Source of the DNA: an uncultured Actinomycetes bacterium
Lineage (GTDB): Bacteria > Actinomycetota > Thermoleophilia > UBA2241
DNA length: 64,000 nucleotides
NCBI GenBank assembly: GCA_963767005.1
Contig: CAVYCN010000011.1
Coordinates: forward strand, 1 to 64,000
Direction: 5' to 3'
Below, in pieces: positions 55,059 through 64,000 of the stretch. The translations under genes were made by a program, and so were the position numbers. How positions within the stretch are numbered: the stretch's first letter is position 1; each line of letters begins with the position of its first letter. The notes under the pieces are model-generated. The model did no database searches. It was not told the DNA's origin and saw only the letters and a list, made by a program, of their open reading frames with translations.

Positions 55059-55973
55059 CTACCGTCGCATGCGCGGGTCGAGGACGTCACGCAGGCCGTC
55101 GCCCACGAGGTTGAAGGCCAGCACGAGCAGGAAGATCGCAACGCCCGGGAACGTGCCGATCCACCACTGCTGCAAAATGAAGCTCTGCCCGGTCGAGATC
55201 ATGAGGCCCCAGTCGGGCGTCGGCGGCTTGGCCCCGAGGCCGAGGAAGCTCATCGCGGCGACCGCCAGGATCACGGTGCCGACGTCGACCGTCATCTGCA
55301 CGATCACGGGGCCGAACGCGTGCGGCAGGATGTGCCGCAGGATGATGCGCAGGTCGCGCACGCCCATGGTGCGCGCCACCTTGACGAAGGGCCGCTGGCG
55401 CAGCGACACCGCCATGCCACGCACGAGGCGCGTGTACCAGGGCCACCAGGTGACGACGATGGCGATGCCGACGTTGCGCAGGCTGGCGCCGAGGAAGGCC
55501 ACGAGGGCCATCGTCAGGATGAGGCTGGGAAAGGCTAAGAAGACGTCGGTGACGCGCATCACCGCCTCGTCGACCATACCGCCGAAGTAGCCGGCGATGC
55601 CGCCGAGCGGGATGCCGATCAGCAGCACGCCGATCATGGTCACGAAGGGCATGATGAGCGCGATGCGACTGCCGTAGACTACGCGCGAGAGCACGTCGCG
55701 GCCGAGCTCGTCGGTGCCGAACAGGTGGTGCGCGCTGGGCGCCTGCAGCCGGATCGACACGTCGGGCTGACCCTGCCCCTGGGCCGGGTACGGCGCGATC
55801 AGCGGCGCGCCGACGGCGAGGATCACCATGAAGACGATCCAGACCACGGCGATCGCGGCCAACCGGTCGCGCGAGAAGACGCGCACGCTGTGGCGCCACT
55901 CCGAGAGCGAGGCGGCGTGCCGCACTCGCCAGTCGGAGAGGGCCCCGGTGCGCGTCTGTGCCGTCACGCTCAT
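55059..55973 (-). CDS. Peptide ABC permease (DppC-like)
   Basis: FGTDELGRDVLSR, RHILP, SFLGLG.KPPTPDWG. Confidence 0.94.
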   Translation of the reverse strand: MSVTAQTRTGALSDWRVRHAASLSEWRHSVRVFSRDRLAAIAVVWIVFMVILAVGAPLIAPYPAQGQGQPDVSIRLQAPSAHHLFGTDELGRDVLSRVVYGSRIALIMPFVTMIGVLLIGIPLGGIAGYFGGMVDEAVMRVTDVFLAFPSLILTMALVAFLGASLRNVGIAIVVTWWPWYTRLVRGMAVSLRQRPFVKVARTMGVRDLRIILRHILPHAFGPVIVQMTVDVGTVILAVAAMSFLGLGAKPPTPDWGLMISTGQSFILQQWWIGTFPGVAIFLLVLAFNLVGDGLRDVLDPRMRR

Positions 55974-55983
55974 CGCCCCCTCC

Positions 55984-57006
55984 CTAGCTCAGCACGATGC
56001 GCGGGTCGAGCCACGCGATCACAAGGTCGACGACGAGGTTGACGATCACATAGACCGAGGCGACGAGGATGGTCACGCCCATGATCGCCGGGTAGTCGAG
56101 GCTCAGGATCGACTGCAGCGCGTACGAGCCCAGGCCGGGCCAGGCGAAGATGAGCTCGATGAAGAACGCGCCGATGATCGAGTAGGCGAACATGAGCCCG
56201 AGCACGGTGAAGACCGGCGCGAGCGAGTTCTTCAGGGCGTAGCGGTAGATGATGACGCGCTCGGGGACGCCCATGGCGTCGGCCATGCGGATGTAGTCCT
56301 GGCCGAGCGCCTCGAGCACCGCCGAACGCGTCATGCGCATCATCACGCCGGTCGGATAGGCGGCAAGCGCCAGGCACGGCAGGATGAAGTGCATGAAGCT
56401 GTCGCGGAAGGCGACGAGGTTGCCGGTCACCAGGGCGTCGACGAGCGGCATGCCGGTGATGTGGGTGATCGGGTTCGCGAACTGCACATCGACGCTCATC
56501 GCACCCGCCACCGGCAACGCGTGCAGCACGCGGAAGAACACGATCTGCAGCATCATGGCCAGCCAGAACGACGGCAGCGAGACGCCGCCGATCGCGAAGA
56601 TGCGCAGCACGAAGTCGACGACGCCGCCCTTCAGGTGCGCGGTGAGCGCGCCGAGCGCGATGCCCACGATGGTCGCGACGATCATGGCGCCGGCGACGAG
56701 CTGCAGCGACAGCGGCGCGAAGCGCACGAGGTCGCCGAGGACCGAGCGGTGCGTGCGCAGCGACGTGCCCCAGTTGCCGTGCACGAGATCCCAGAGGTAG
56801 GCGACGTACTGCACGTAGAGCGGCTTGTCCATGTGCAGCATCTTGCGGGCCGCCGCGATCGCCGGGCCGCGCGCCTGGGGCCCGGCGTACAGGGCGGCCG
56901 GGTCGGCCGGTACCACGCGGGCCAGCAGGAACGTGATGAGCGAGATGCCGATCAGCACGAACACGAGGAGCAGGACGCGTCGCAGCAGGTAGGCGCGGAC
57001 GGTCAC
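55984..57006 (-). CDS. Peptide ABC permease (DppB-like)
   Basis: PADP, SLPSFW, DYIRMA, FAWPGLG, DYPAIMG. Confidence 0.94.
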   Translation of the reverse strand: MTVRAYLLRRVLLLVFVLIGISLITFLLARVVPADPAALYAGPQARGPAIAAARKMLHMDKPLYVQYVAYLWDLVHGNWGTSLRTHRSVLGDLVRFAPLSLQLVAGAMIVATIVGIALGALTAHLKGGVVDFVLRIFAIGGVSLPSFWLAMMLQIVFFRVLHALPVAGAMSVDVQFANPITHITGMPLVDALVTGNLVAFRDSFMHFILPCLALAAYPTGVMMRMTRSAVLEALGQDYIRMADAMGVPERVIIYRYALKNSLAPVFTVLGLMFAYSIIGAFFIELIFAWPGLGSYALQSILSLDYPAIMGVTILVASVYVIVNLVVDLVIAWLDPRIVLS

Positions 57007-57071
57007 GAAAACGGCTCCTTCCTCTCCGTGTCGGCCTCTCGGGCGTGGGCGTTGTCGGCGCGCGTGTGGTC

Positions 57072-57116
57072 GGGCGCGGCCGGGGCGGCGCCTGCGGCGC
57101 CGCCCCGGCCGCGCCC
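57072..57116. repeat. Perfect 21-bp intercistronic hairpin after the binding-protein gene
   Basis: GGGCGCGGCCGGGGCGGCGCC-TGC-reverse complement. Confidence 0.8.
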
Positions 57117-57121
57117 CGCTC

Positions 57122-58741
57122 CTACAGGGTGATGTAGTAGAAGCGGATGACGTTCGGGTAGGGCTGCGAAATGGCGTCGGGCCCTACCTTGAGCTTGGCG
57201 TTGCAGGCATAGACCGCCTTGAGGTCCCAGAGATAGATGATCGGGACCTGGTCGTGGATCATGACCTGGGCCTGGTCGTAGAGCTTCTTGGCGCCCGTGC
57301 GGTCGGTCGCCTCGGTCGTCCAGGCCGTGTCGATCAGCTTGTCGTAGTCGGAGTGGTACCAGTAGCTCAGGTTGAAGATCGGCGAGGCCTCGGAGTGCAG
57401 CTCCTCGGTCAGGCTGTCCTTGCCGTGTGAGTACGCCGGCCACCAGGTGATCGACAGCAGATCCTGGCGCTTGGCGCTGGGCCCCTTGGCCTTCTGCCAG
57501 GCCTGCGCCCAGAGCATGGGCTGCAGGTTGACCGTGATCCCGAGCTTGGCCCACGACTCCTTGATCAGCGTGCCCATGGTCGTGTCGGCCGGGTTCTCCT
57601 CGGTCGGGTAGGTCATGAGCAGGCTGAAGCCGCCGTTCGGGTAGCCCGCCTGGGCCAGGAGCTGTTTGGCCTTGGCGAGGTCGTACGGGTAAGGCGATAT
57701 GCTGTCGTCCCGCGGCCACAGGCCGGCCGGCATCGGGCCGTTGGACTGCGTGCCGAGGTTGTTGATGGCGGCCGCGATGATGTCCGTGTAGGGCGTCGCG
57801 TAGGCGAGCGCCTGGCGCACCAGCGGGTTGTCGAGCGGCTTGTGCTGCGTGTTCAAGTAGAGGATCTGCGACACGAGCGACGGCATCTCGACGACACGGA
57901 TGCCCGACTCGGCAGCCTCCGCCTTGACGGCGTCACGCGCCACCGACTCCTGCAGTTGCACGGCGCCCGACTCGAGCATCTGGCGCTGCGTGTTGGGATC
58001 GGCCGCTACCTGGAGCACGATCTTGCGGAACTGGTTGTTCTTCCAGCCACCCCAATAGTCGGGATCGCGCACGAGCACGATCTGCTGGTTGGGCGAGTAC
58101 GACTGCAGCTCGTAGGGACCGGTGCCGTCCTCGTGGCCCTTGTCCCACCACGACTGCGGCTTGCCGGCCGTCTTGGGGCTGAAGATCCAGGCCGCGTACT
58201 CCGACGAGACGAGCGGCTCGAGCGGCACCGGCTGGTCGAGGACGAGCTGGACGGTGTAGTCGTCGACGACTTTGACCTGCTTGAGGTCGCTCCAGATGTA
58301 GGCGAGACCCAGGCCCATCTTCTTGGTCGCGTCGTAGGAGTACTTGACGGCGGCCGCCGTGAACGGCGTACCGTCGTGGAACTTGACGCCCTGCCGCAGC
58401 TTGAAGGTCCACACCTTGCCGCCCTGCGAGGTCTCCCACGAGGTCGCGAGAGCCGGCGAGTAGGGCTCGGCGCTGCCCGGCGGGTTGGCCCAGATGAGCG
58501 GCTCGTAGAAGTTCCCCAGGACGCGGGACTCCGACGAGGAGCTCGCCCGCGGGTCCCAGGTCGTGATCGCGCCGGTGTCGGCGACGGCGAGGATGTTCGC
58601 CGTGGGCGCCGCGCTCGTCGATCCCGACGAGCCGCCCTTGCTGCCGCACGCGGCGAGCCCGAGCGCGGCGCCGAGCACGGCCAGGCACGCAAGCAGCAGC
58701 AACACCCGTGGTGCGTGCAGTCCGTTCGACCGTCTGCCCAT
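57122..58741 (-). CDS. Peptide ABC substrate-binding lipoprotein (DppA-like)
   Basis: Lipobox LAAC; PALATSW...WTFKLRQGVKFHDG, GTGPY. Confidence 0.94.
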   Translation of the reverse strand: MGRRSNGLHAPRVLLLLACLAVLGAALGLAACGSKGGSSGSTSAAPTANILAVADTGAITTWDPRASSSSESRVLGNFYEPLIWANPPGSAEPYSPALATSWETSQGGKVWTFKLRQGVKFHDGTPFTAAAVKYSYDATKKMGLGLAYIWSDLKQVKVVDDYTVQLVLDQPVPLEPLVSSEYAAWIFSPKTAGKPQSWWDKGHEDGTGPYELQSYSPNQQIVLVRDPDYWGGWKNNQFRKIVLQVAADPNTQRQMLESGAVQLQESVARDAVKAEAAESGIRVVEMPSLVSQILYLNTQHKPLDNPLVRQALAYATPYTDIIAAAINNLGTQSNGPMPAGLWPRDDSISPYPYDLAKAKQLLAQAGYPNGGFSLLMTYPTEENPADTTMGTLIKESWAKLGITVNLQPMLWAQAWQKAKGPSAKRQDLLSITWWPAYSHGKDSLTEELHSEASPIFNLSYWYHSDYDKLIDTAWTTEATDRTGAKKLYDQAQVMIHDQVPIIYLWDLKAVYACNAKLKVGPDAISQPYPNVIRFYYITL

Positions 58742-58884
58742 CTCTCCCCCTGTTCGACGTGGTCTGCTGTCGCGCCGGTTCGGTCCACACCTCGCACGGC
58801 GTGCCGGAAGCCCCCCGAGACGGACCGCGCGGGTCACCGCTCGACGCACCTCGAACAATAGTGAGGCGCGGCGGTCGGGGTCAC

Positions 58885-58900
58885 TCACCCATACGGGGGA
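58885..58900. promoter_or_regulatory. Imperfect dyad between divergent dppA and hydrolase genes
   Basis: TCACCC-ATAC-GGGGGA. Confidence 0.35.
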
Positions 58901-58993
58901 TTTCGCCGGCGGCGCGACGGTGTAGCGTTCGGGGCGGGCGCGGCGGCGGCCGCCGCCGCGCCGCCGACCGCCCCGCCGACCGGGAGGACCAGC

Positions 58994-60229
58994 ATGCCGT
59001 CTCGCACGACCCCGCCCACGGCCGCCGCGCTCGGCCTCATGCAGGGCAGCCGACCGCCGGCCGAGCGTCTCGTCACGCTCGCCAACTGGCAGGACCCGCC
59101 CTTCAGCCGCTGGGCCTTCCAGCACCTGCGCGAGCTCACGCCCACGGCGCCGATCTCGCGAGGCGACGGGCCGGTGGCCGAGCTTGCGCGCGCGCCGCGC
59201 GAGCTGGGCAGCCTGCGGCTGACCACGGCCAGCGGCCGGCGCACTACCCTCGACCGTCTCCTGGCCGCGACGTACACCGACGGCTTCCTCGTCCTGCACC
59301 AGGGCGCCATCGTCTGCGAGCAGTACTTCAACGGCATGACGCCGGCGACCCTGCACCTGCTGCAGTCGGTCTCCAAGTCGATCGTCGGCACGCTGGCCGG
59401 CATCTACGTCGGGCGCGGCCTGCTCGACCCGGCGAGGCCGGTCAGCGGCTACGTGCCCGACCTCGCCGGCACGAGCTTCGAGGGGGCCACCCTGCGCCAG
59501 GTGCTCGACATGCGCACCGGCACGCGGTTCTCCGAGGAGTACACCGACCTGCGGGCCGAGATCAGGCAGTACGAGCAGGTCATCGGCTGGCGCCCGCGGA
59601 CGGACCCGCAGACGGCCGCCGACCTCTGGGAGTACATCTGCCAGCTCGAGAACGCCCGGCCGCACGGCGCGCCCTTCGAGTACCGCTCCATCCTCACCGA
59701 CCTGCTCGGCTGGATCCTCGAGTGCGTCGGCGACGCGCGCCTGGCCGAGCTGCTCGGCCGCGAGCTCTGGTCGCGCCTTGGCGCCGAGCGTGACGCCGAG
59801 ATCTCGCTCGACGGCCACGGCCACCCGGTGGCCGACGGCGGCATCTCGGTCACGCTGCGCGACCTGGCGCGGTTCGGCCAGGCCTACCTGCAGAACGGCT
59901 CGTTCAACGGCGCCCAGGTGGTGCCGGCGGCCTGGGTGCGCGATTGCCGCCGCGGCGACGGCGCAGCCGTCGCCGCCTTCGCCGCCTCGGAGTCGGCCGC
60001 GCGCTACCCGCGTGGCCTGTACCGTGACCAGTGGTGGGTCGTCGACCGCCGCCGCGGCGTGCTGCTGGCCTCGGGCATCCACGGCCAGTCGGTCTACGTC
60101 GACCCGGCCGCGCAGACGGTCGTCGTCAAACTCTCGACCTGGCCCGAGGCCCTCGACCTGGAGCTCGCCGCCGACACGCTGCGCGCCTTCGCGGCGATCG
60201 CCGCCCGGCTGCGCCGCGACGACCGGTAG
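58994..60229 (+). CDS. Beta-lactamase-fold serine hydrolase (NylB/6-aminohexanoate-dimer hydrolase-like)
   Basis: NWQDPPFSRWAFQH, HLLQSVSKS (SxxK), LDMRTG, FEYRS, GIHGQ. Confidence 0.9.
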   Translation: MPSRTTPPTAAALGLMQGSRPPAERLVTLANWQDPPFSRWAFQHLRELTPTAPISRGDGPVAELARAPRELGSLRLTTASGRRTTLDRLLAATYTDGFLVLHQGAIVCEQYFNGMTPATLHLLQSVSKSIVGTLAGIYVGRGLLDPARPVSGYVPDLAGTSFEGATLRQVLDMRTGTRFSEEYTDLRAEIRQYEQVIGWRPRTDPQTAADLWEYICQLENARPHGAPFEYRSILTDLLGWILECVGDARLAELLGRELWSRLGAERDAEISLDGHGHPVADGGISVTLRDLARFGQAYLQNGSFNGAQVVPAAWVRDCRRGDGAAVAAFAASESAARYPRGLYRDQWWVVDRRRGVLLASGIHGQSVYVDPAAQTVVVKLSTWPEALDLELAADTLRAFAAIAARLRRDDR

Positions 60230-60275
60230 CGGGTCACCGGTCGTCAGGCGTCGCCGCCGACCCGGCTGCCGGCCT

Positions 60276-61910
60276 CTAGGCGTCGACGCCGACCCGGCTG
60301 CCGGCGTCGCGGAAGTAGACGTCGATGTCGGCGCCCTCGTGGCCCTCGCGGTACCAGCGGTAACCGAGCACCAGCGCAACCGGCGCGCCGTAGAGCACCG
60401 CCTGCGTGAGCAGCGAGTCACCGAGGTTGTGCGTCTCGGTCAGCGGCTGGAACTGCAGGTAGCGCCAGGCGAGGTACCCGGCAAAGACGGTGAAGGCGAG
60501 CCCCGCGACGCTGATCAGCGGCACGCCGAAGAGCTCGTAGGGCCCGGCCGACGACTCGCGGTAGAGCTCGCGCCGGGCAAACGGAAAAAGCGCGGCGGCC
60601 GCGCAGGTCACCCCGAAGGTGATGACGTTGACCAGGGTGGCGGCGATCAGCAGACGCCAGATGCCGAGCCGCAGCGTCGAGACGACGAGGACCGACGACA
60701 GCGCCGTGAAGCTCACGATGGCCAGCGTGGGAGCGCCGTTCACGGGGTCGAGGCACCCGAGCCAGCGCGGCAGCAGCCGGTCCCACGACATGGCGAGCAG
60801 CACGCGCGAGGCGGCCAGGGTGTGGTTGGGGACCCACAGCCAGAACCAGGCGTTGGCGGCGACCGCGAGGCTGAGCAGTGTCACCCAGGCCAGCCACGGC
60901 GAAGCCGAGGTGCTGAACAGCCGCGGCGCGAGCACCCAGAACGCCGCCGGGTGGTGCACGGCCAGGAACGCGCTCGCCCCGAACAGCTCCTCGCCCATGT
61001 GCGAGATCGGCAGGGGCAGCAGCACGAGGGCGAAGGCCACGCTCACGATCTTGCCGAGCACGATCGTCGCCGACTGCACCGGCAGGCTCGAGGCGCGTCG
61101 CACCTCGCCCGCCTGGAAGGCGATCCAGCCGGGGTAGATCAGGCCGAACGAGACGATCGGCAGGAGCTGGACGGCGGCGCTCAGGCCGCCGAGATGGCCG
61201 GTGCGCAGAAAGCCGTCGTAGTAGGCGCGTAGCAGCACCTCGCTGTAGGCCGAGTTGTTGGTGTCGAGCTTGGTCACCGCGAAGTAGGTGACGAGCACGG
61301 CCAGCGCCGCCCCGCCGGCCACGACGAGCACACGCTGCAGGCGCGCGTAGAAGGCCATGCCGCGCAGGTTGATGAACGCCGACCAGACCGCCGCCGCAAG
61401 GCCGAGGGCGACCAGGCCCAGCGGGGTCAGCACCCAGCGGCCGGCGGCCATCAGGGCGCCGTTGTGGGCGCGCACGCCGAGCAGCAGCAGGAACGGGCCC
61501 ACCGCGACGCGCGAGGCGAACCAGCCGGCGATCGCCATCCACAGGGCGCCGCCGACCACGATGCCGGTCGACCCGAAGACGGCACCGGCCCAGCGCGACA
61601 CGAGCCGCCGTTGAAAGAGGTAGTCCCCGCCGTTGCGCGGCATGCTCGACACCAGGAAGGCGTACACCACGGCCTCGCACAGGCAGAAGCCGCCGCTGAT
61701 GAGGATGGCCAGGGTCATGCTGCTCACGGGGAAGTAAAAGGCGGCGCCGGCGACCAGGAAGATGCCGAACGTCACGGCGACGTTGGTCGTCATGACGTTG
61801 TAGAGGAACGCGTCGAGCGGCGACCAGACGCGCGGCGGGTGGGCGACCTCGCGCAGCCGCACGACGACGCGCGGTGGGTCGTGACGCGGTCGTGCGCCGT
61901 CGGCCGCCAT
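60276..61910 (-). CDS. APC family amino acid permease
   Basis: MPRNGGDY, AGEV, SRVLLAMSWDRLLP; about 12 TM helices. Confidence 0.88.
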   Translation of the reverse strand: MAADGARPRHDPPRVVVRLREVAHPPRVWSPLDAFLYNVMTTNVAVTFGIFLVAGAAFYFPVSSMTLAILISGGFCLCEAVVYAFLVSSMPRNGGDYLFQRRLVSRWAGAVFGSTGIVVGGALWMAIAGWFASRVAVGPFLLLLGVRAHNGALMAAGRWVLTPLGLVALGLAAAVWSAFINLRGMAFYARLQRVLVVAGGAALAVLVTYFAVTKLDTNNSAYSEVLLRAYYDGFLRTGHLGGLSAAVQLLPIVSFGLIYPGWIAFQAGEVRRASSLPVQSATIVLGKIVSVAFALVLLPLPISHMGEELFGASAFLAVHHPAAFWVLAPRLFSTSASPWLAWVTLLSLAVAANAWFWLWVPNHTLAASRVLLAMSWDRLLPRWLGCLDPVNGAPTLAIVSFTALSSVLVVSTLRLGIWRLLIAATLVNVITFGVTCAAAALFPFARRELYRESSAGPYELFGVPLISVAGLAFTVFAGYLAWRYLQFQPLTETHNLGDSLLTQAVLYGAPVALVLGYRWYREGHEGADIDVYFRDAGSRVGVDA

Positions 61911-61987
61911 GTGTGACTCCGTCGCACGCCTGGTCCGCCGATCGACTTCGGCGTCGTCGCTCAGGCTTGTGTGACTTCGTCGCACGC

Positions 61988-62620
61988 CTAGTCGAGCTGT
62001 CCCTGGCGCAGCGCCGCGGCGACCGCGTGCGCGCGCCCGGCCACGCCGAGCTTGCGGTAGATCGTCGCCAGGTGCGTCTTGACCGTCTCGCTGCTCACGA
62101 ACAGGCGCTCGGCGATCTCGCGGTTCTCAGCGCCTGTCGCGACGAGCCGCAGGACCTCGAGCTCGCGGGCGCTGAGCGGCACCGGCGCGACCGGCGCCGG
62201 CGGCTCGCGCAGGATGTCGACGATCTCGGGGCTGAAGTAGAAGCCGCCCTCGGCCGCGGCGGTGATCGCGTCGACCAGCTCCTGGCGCGACGCCTGCTTG
62301 AGCACGTACCCGTGCGCCCCGAGACGCGCCGCGCCCAGCACGAGCTCGCGCTCGTCGTGGATGGTGAGCACCACCACGCGCGGCGGCTCGCGCAGCTTCT
62401 GCAGCTCGCGCAGGACGTCGAGGCCCTGCACGCCCGGCAGGCTCATGTCGAGCAGCACCACGTCGGGCCGGGCGACCGGCACTGTGCGCAGCGCCTGCTC
62501 ACCGTCGCAGGCCTCGCCGGTGATCGCGATGCCCGGGACGCGGGCCAGCATCCGCTTGATGCCCTCGCGCACGACCTCGTGGTCGTCGATCAGGAACACC
62601 CCTATCGCACCGTCGCCTAT
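61988..62620 (-). CDS. NarL/LuxR family response regulator
   Basis: LIDDH, PDVVLLD, GYVLK, LSARELEVL...NREIAERLFVSSETVKTH; start codon uncertain. Confidence 0.93.
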   Translation of the reverse strand: MGDGAIGVFLIDDHEVVREGIKRMLARVPGIAITGEACDGEQALRTVPVARPDVVLLDMSLPGVQGLDVLRELQKLREPPRVVVLTIHDERELVLGAARLGAHGYVLKQASRQELVDAITAAAEGGFYFSPEIVDILREPPAPVAPVPLSARELEVLRLVATGAENREIAERLFVSSETVKTHLATIYRKLGVAGRAHAVAAALRQGQLD

Positions 62621-64000
62621 GGCTGCACCCCCGTCCGTCCGGCCTTCGCCGCCTGCTGCGGCACGACCACCTCGACCGTCGTGCCGCTCTCCGGTCCCGT
62701 CTCGATCAGCAGCTCGCCGCCCACGAGGGCGGCCTGCTCGTCCATCATCGTCAAGCCGAAGTGGTCGTCGCGCTCCGCGACGCCGGGCTGCAGGCCGCGC
62801 CCGTCGTCGCGCACCGACAGGCGCACGACCTCGCCGGCGTCGGGGTCGTCGCCGGGGGCGAGACGCAGCTCGACGCGCCGCGCGCCGGAGTGGCGCAGGG
62901 CGTTGTGGAGCGCCTCGCGGGCGATGACGTACAGGCTGGTCTCGACGGCCGTGCTCAGCTCGGGGACGGTCGCAAGGTCGAGGCGCACCTCGCAGGCGCC
63001 GCCGTCGGCCTGGTCGGCGAGCGACTGCAGGGCGCCCCGCAGGCCCAGGCCGTCCAGAGCCGGCGGCCGCAGGTCGCGGATCACCCGGCGGGTGTCGCCG
63101 ATCGCGGTGCGCAGCAGGCCCGAGACGCGCTCGGCGTCGCTCGCCGTCTCGAGCGGCAACTCCGCCTCCATGCCCTGCACCTGGTAGAGCGCGGCGACCA
63201 TGGTCTGCACGATGTCGTCGTGCAGCACGGTCGCCCACTCCTTGCGCTTCTCCTGACGGAGCGTCGTGAGCCGGCGCAGCAGCCGCCTCGAGCGCTGCTG
63301 GCTGCGCTCGAGGTCGCGGTACAGGCGAGCGTTGCAGATGGCGCTCGCGGCCTGCTCGGCCACGATCTCGGCGCGGGCGACGTCGCGCGACGAGTAGCTG
63401 TCGCGCCGCTCCGACGAGTACAGTAGCAGCGAGCCGATGAGGACGTTGTCGGCGCGGATCGGCACGAAGAGCGCGGAGCGCAGGTGGAGCCGCTTGCGGG
63501 CCTCGGCGTCGATGTGCGTGCCCCAGGCGATGTCCTCGATCACGATGCTGCGGCCGTCCTGCAGGGCCTCGCGCGTGTTCTCCCGACCCTCGAACTTGAG
63601 TGCGACGCCGAGCAGCGGGTCGTCTTCGGGGCCGGAGCAGGCCACGACGATCAGGTCGTCGTCGTCGGGTCGCAGCTCGAGCAGCAGGCAGCGACAGTTG
63701 CCCATCACGCGGGCCGCGCTCGAAGCGATCTGCTGAAAGGTGTGCTCCAGGTCGAGGCTGCCCGAGATGGCGCGCGCGACGGCGCAGGCCGTGTCGAGGA
63801 CCACCTCGCTCAACTCCGACTGGCGCGACATGACGACGTGGTCGAGGGCGAGGCCCGTGCCGTCGGCCACGGCACGCAGAAAGTCGGCCTCGTGACCGGC
63901 GAGCGCCGCGGCGCGCCGGGCACCGAGCGCCAGAAAGCCGCGCAGGCGGTGACCGGCGAAGGCCGGCGCCAGCACCAGGCTGCCGACGGCACGCGGCGAG
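62617..64000 (-). CDS. GAF-domain sensor histidine kinase (HisKA_3 type; 5' end outside the window)
   Basis: LHDDIVQ, LRPPALD, EALHNALRHS, DDGRG, FGL; GAF domains; no TM helix in the visible part. Confidence 0.93.
   Translation of the reverse strand, partial: SPRAVGSLVLAPAFAGHRLRGFLALGARRAAALAGHEADFLRAVADGTGLALDHVVMSRQSELSEVVLDTACAVARAISGSLDLEHTFQQIASSAARVMGNCRCLLLELRPDDDDLIVVACSGPEDDPLLGVALKFEGRENTREALQDGRSIVIEDIAWGTHIDAEARKRLHLRSALFVPIRADNVLIGSLLLYSSERRDSYSSRDVARAEIVAEQAASAICNARLYRDLERSQQRSRRLLRRLTTLRQEKRKEWATVLHDDIVQTMVAALYQVQGMEAELPLETASDAERVSGLLRTAIGDTRRVIRDLRPPALDGLGLRGALQSLADQADGGACEVRLDLATVPELSTAVETSLYVIAREALHNALRHSGARRVELRLAPGDDPDAGEVVRLSVRDDGRGLQPGVAERDDHFGLTMMDEQAALVGGELLIETGPESGTTVEVVVPQQAAKAGRTGVQP

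Overview
Very GC-rich bacterial DNA. The gene content (MMPL, Zur-type box, leaderless starts, SigF/WhiG-like promoters) looks actinobacterial, possibly Thermoleophilia; that assignment is inference. The window holds about 57 CDS. I found no rRNA, tRNA, CRISPR array or transposase. Left to right: a MarR-regulated heterodimeric ABC exporter; cydABDC; nitroreductase; MMPL; DODA-type dioxygenase; a Zur-regulated metal ABC importer; a decayed membrane-protein gene; a secreted EEP enzyme; a three-gene type IV minor-pilin cassette; VOC genes; a TetR/ABC-2 exporter with a frameshifted permease; a YihY ORF running in-frame into an AOX/PTOX-like di-iron protein; a GAF-GGDEF cyclase behind an ECF sigma factor fused to a zinc finger, TM helix and His/Gly tail; a putative leader peptide ahead of a peptide-binding protein/asparaginase/RidA operon; FGGY kinase; LicB-like and EamA transporters; and a large catabolic block (dpp ABC, MetE-like, iorAB, paaK, two aminotransferases, NylB-like hydrolase, APC permease, two-component system). 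The most interesting candidates are the YihY-AOX ORF, the Arg/Pro-rich leaderless uORF, and the shared sigma-28-like promoters linking the pilin cassette to the ECF-fusion/diguanylate cyclase operon. All functional calls come from motif recognition by eye; no database search was run.
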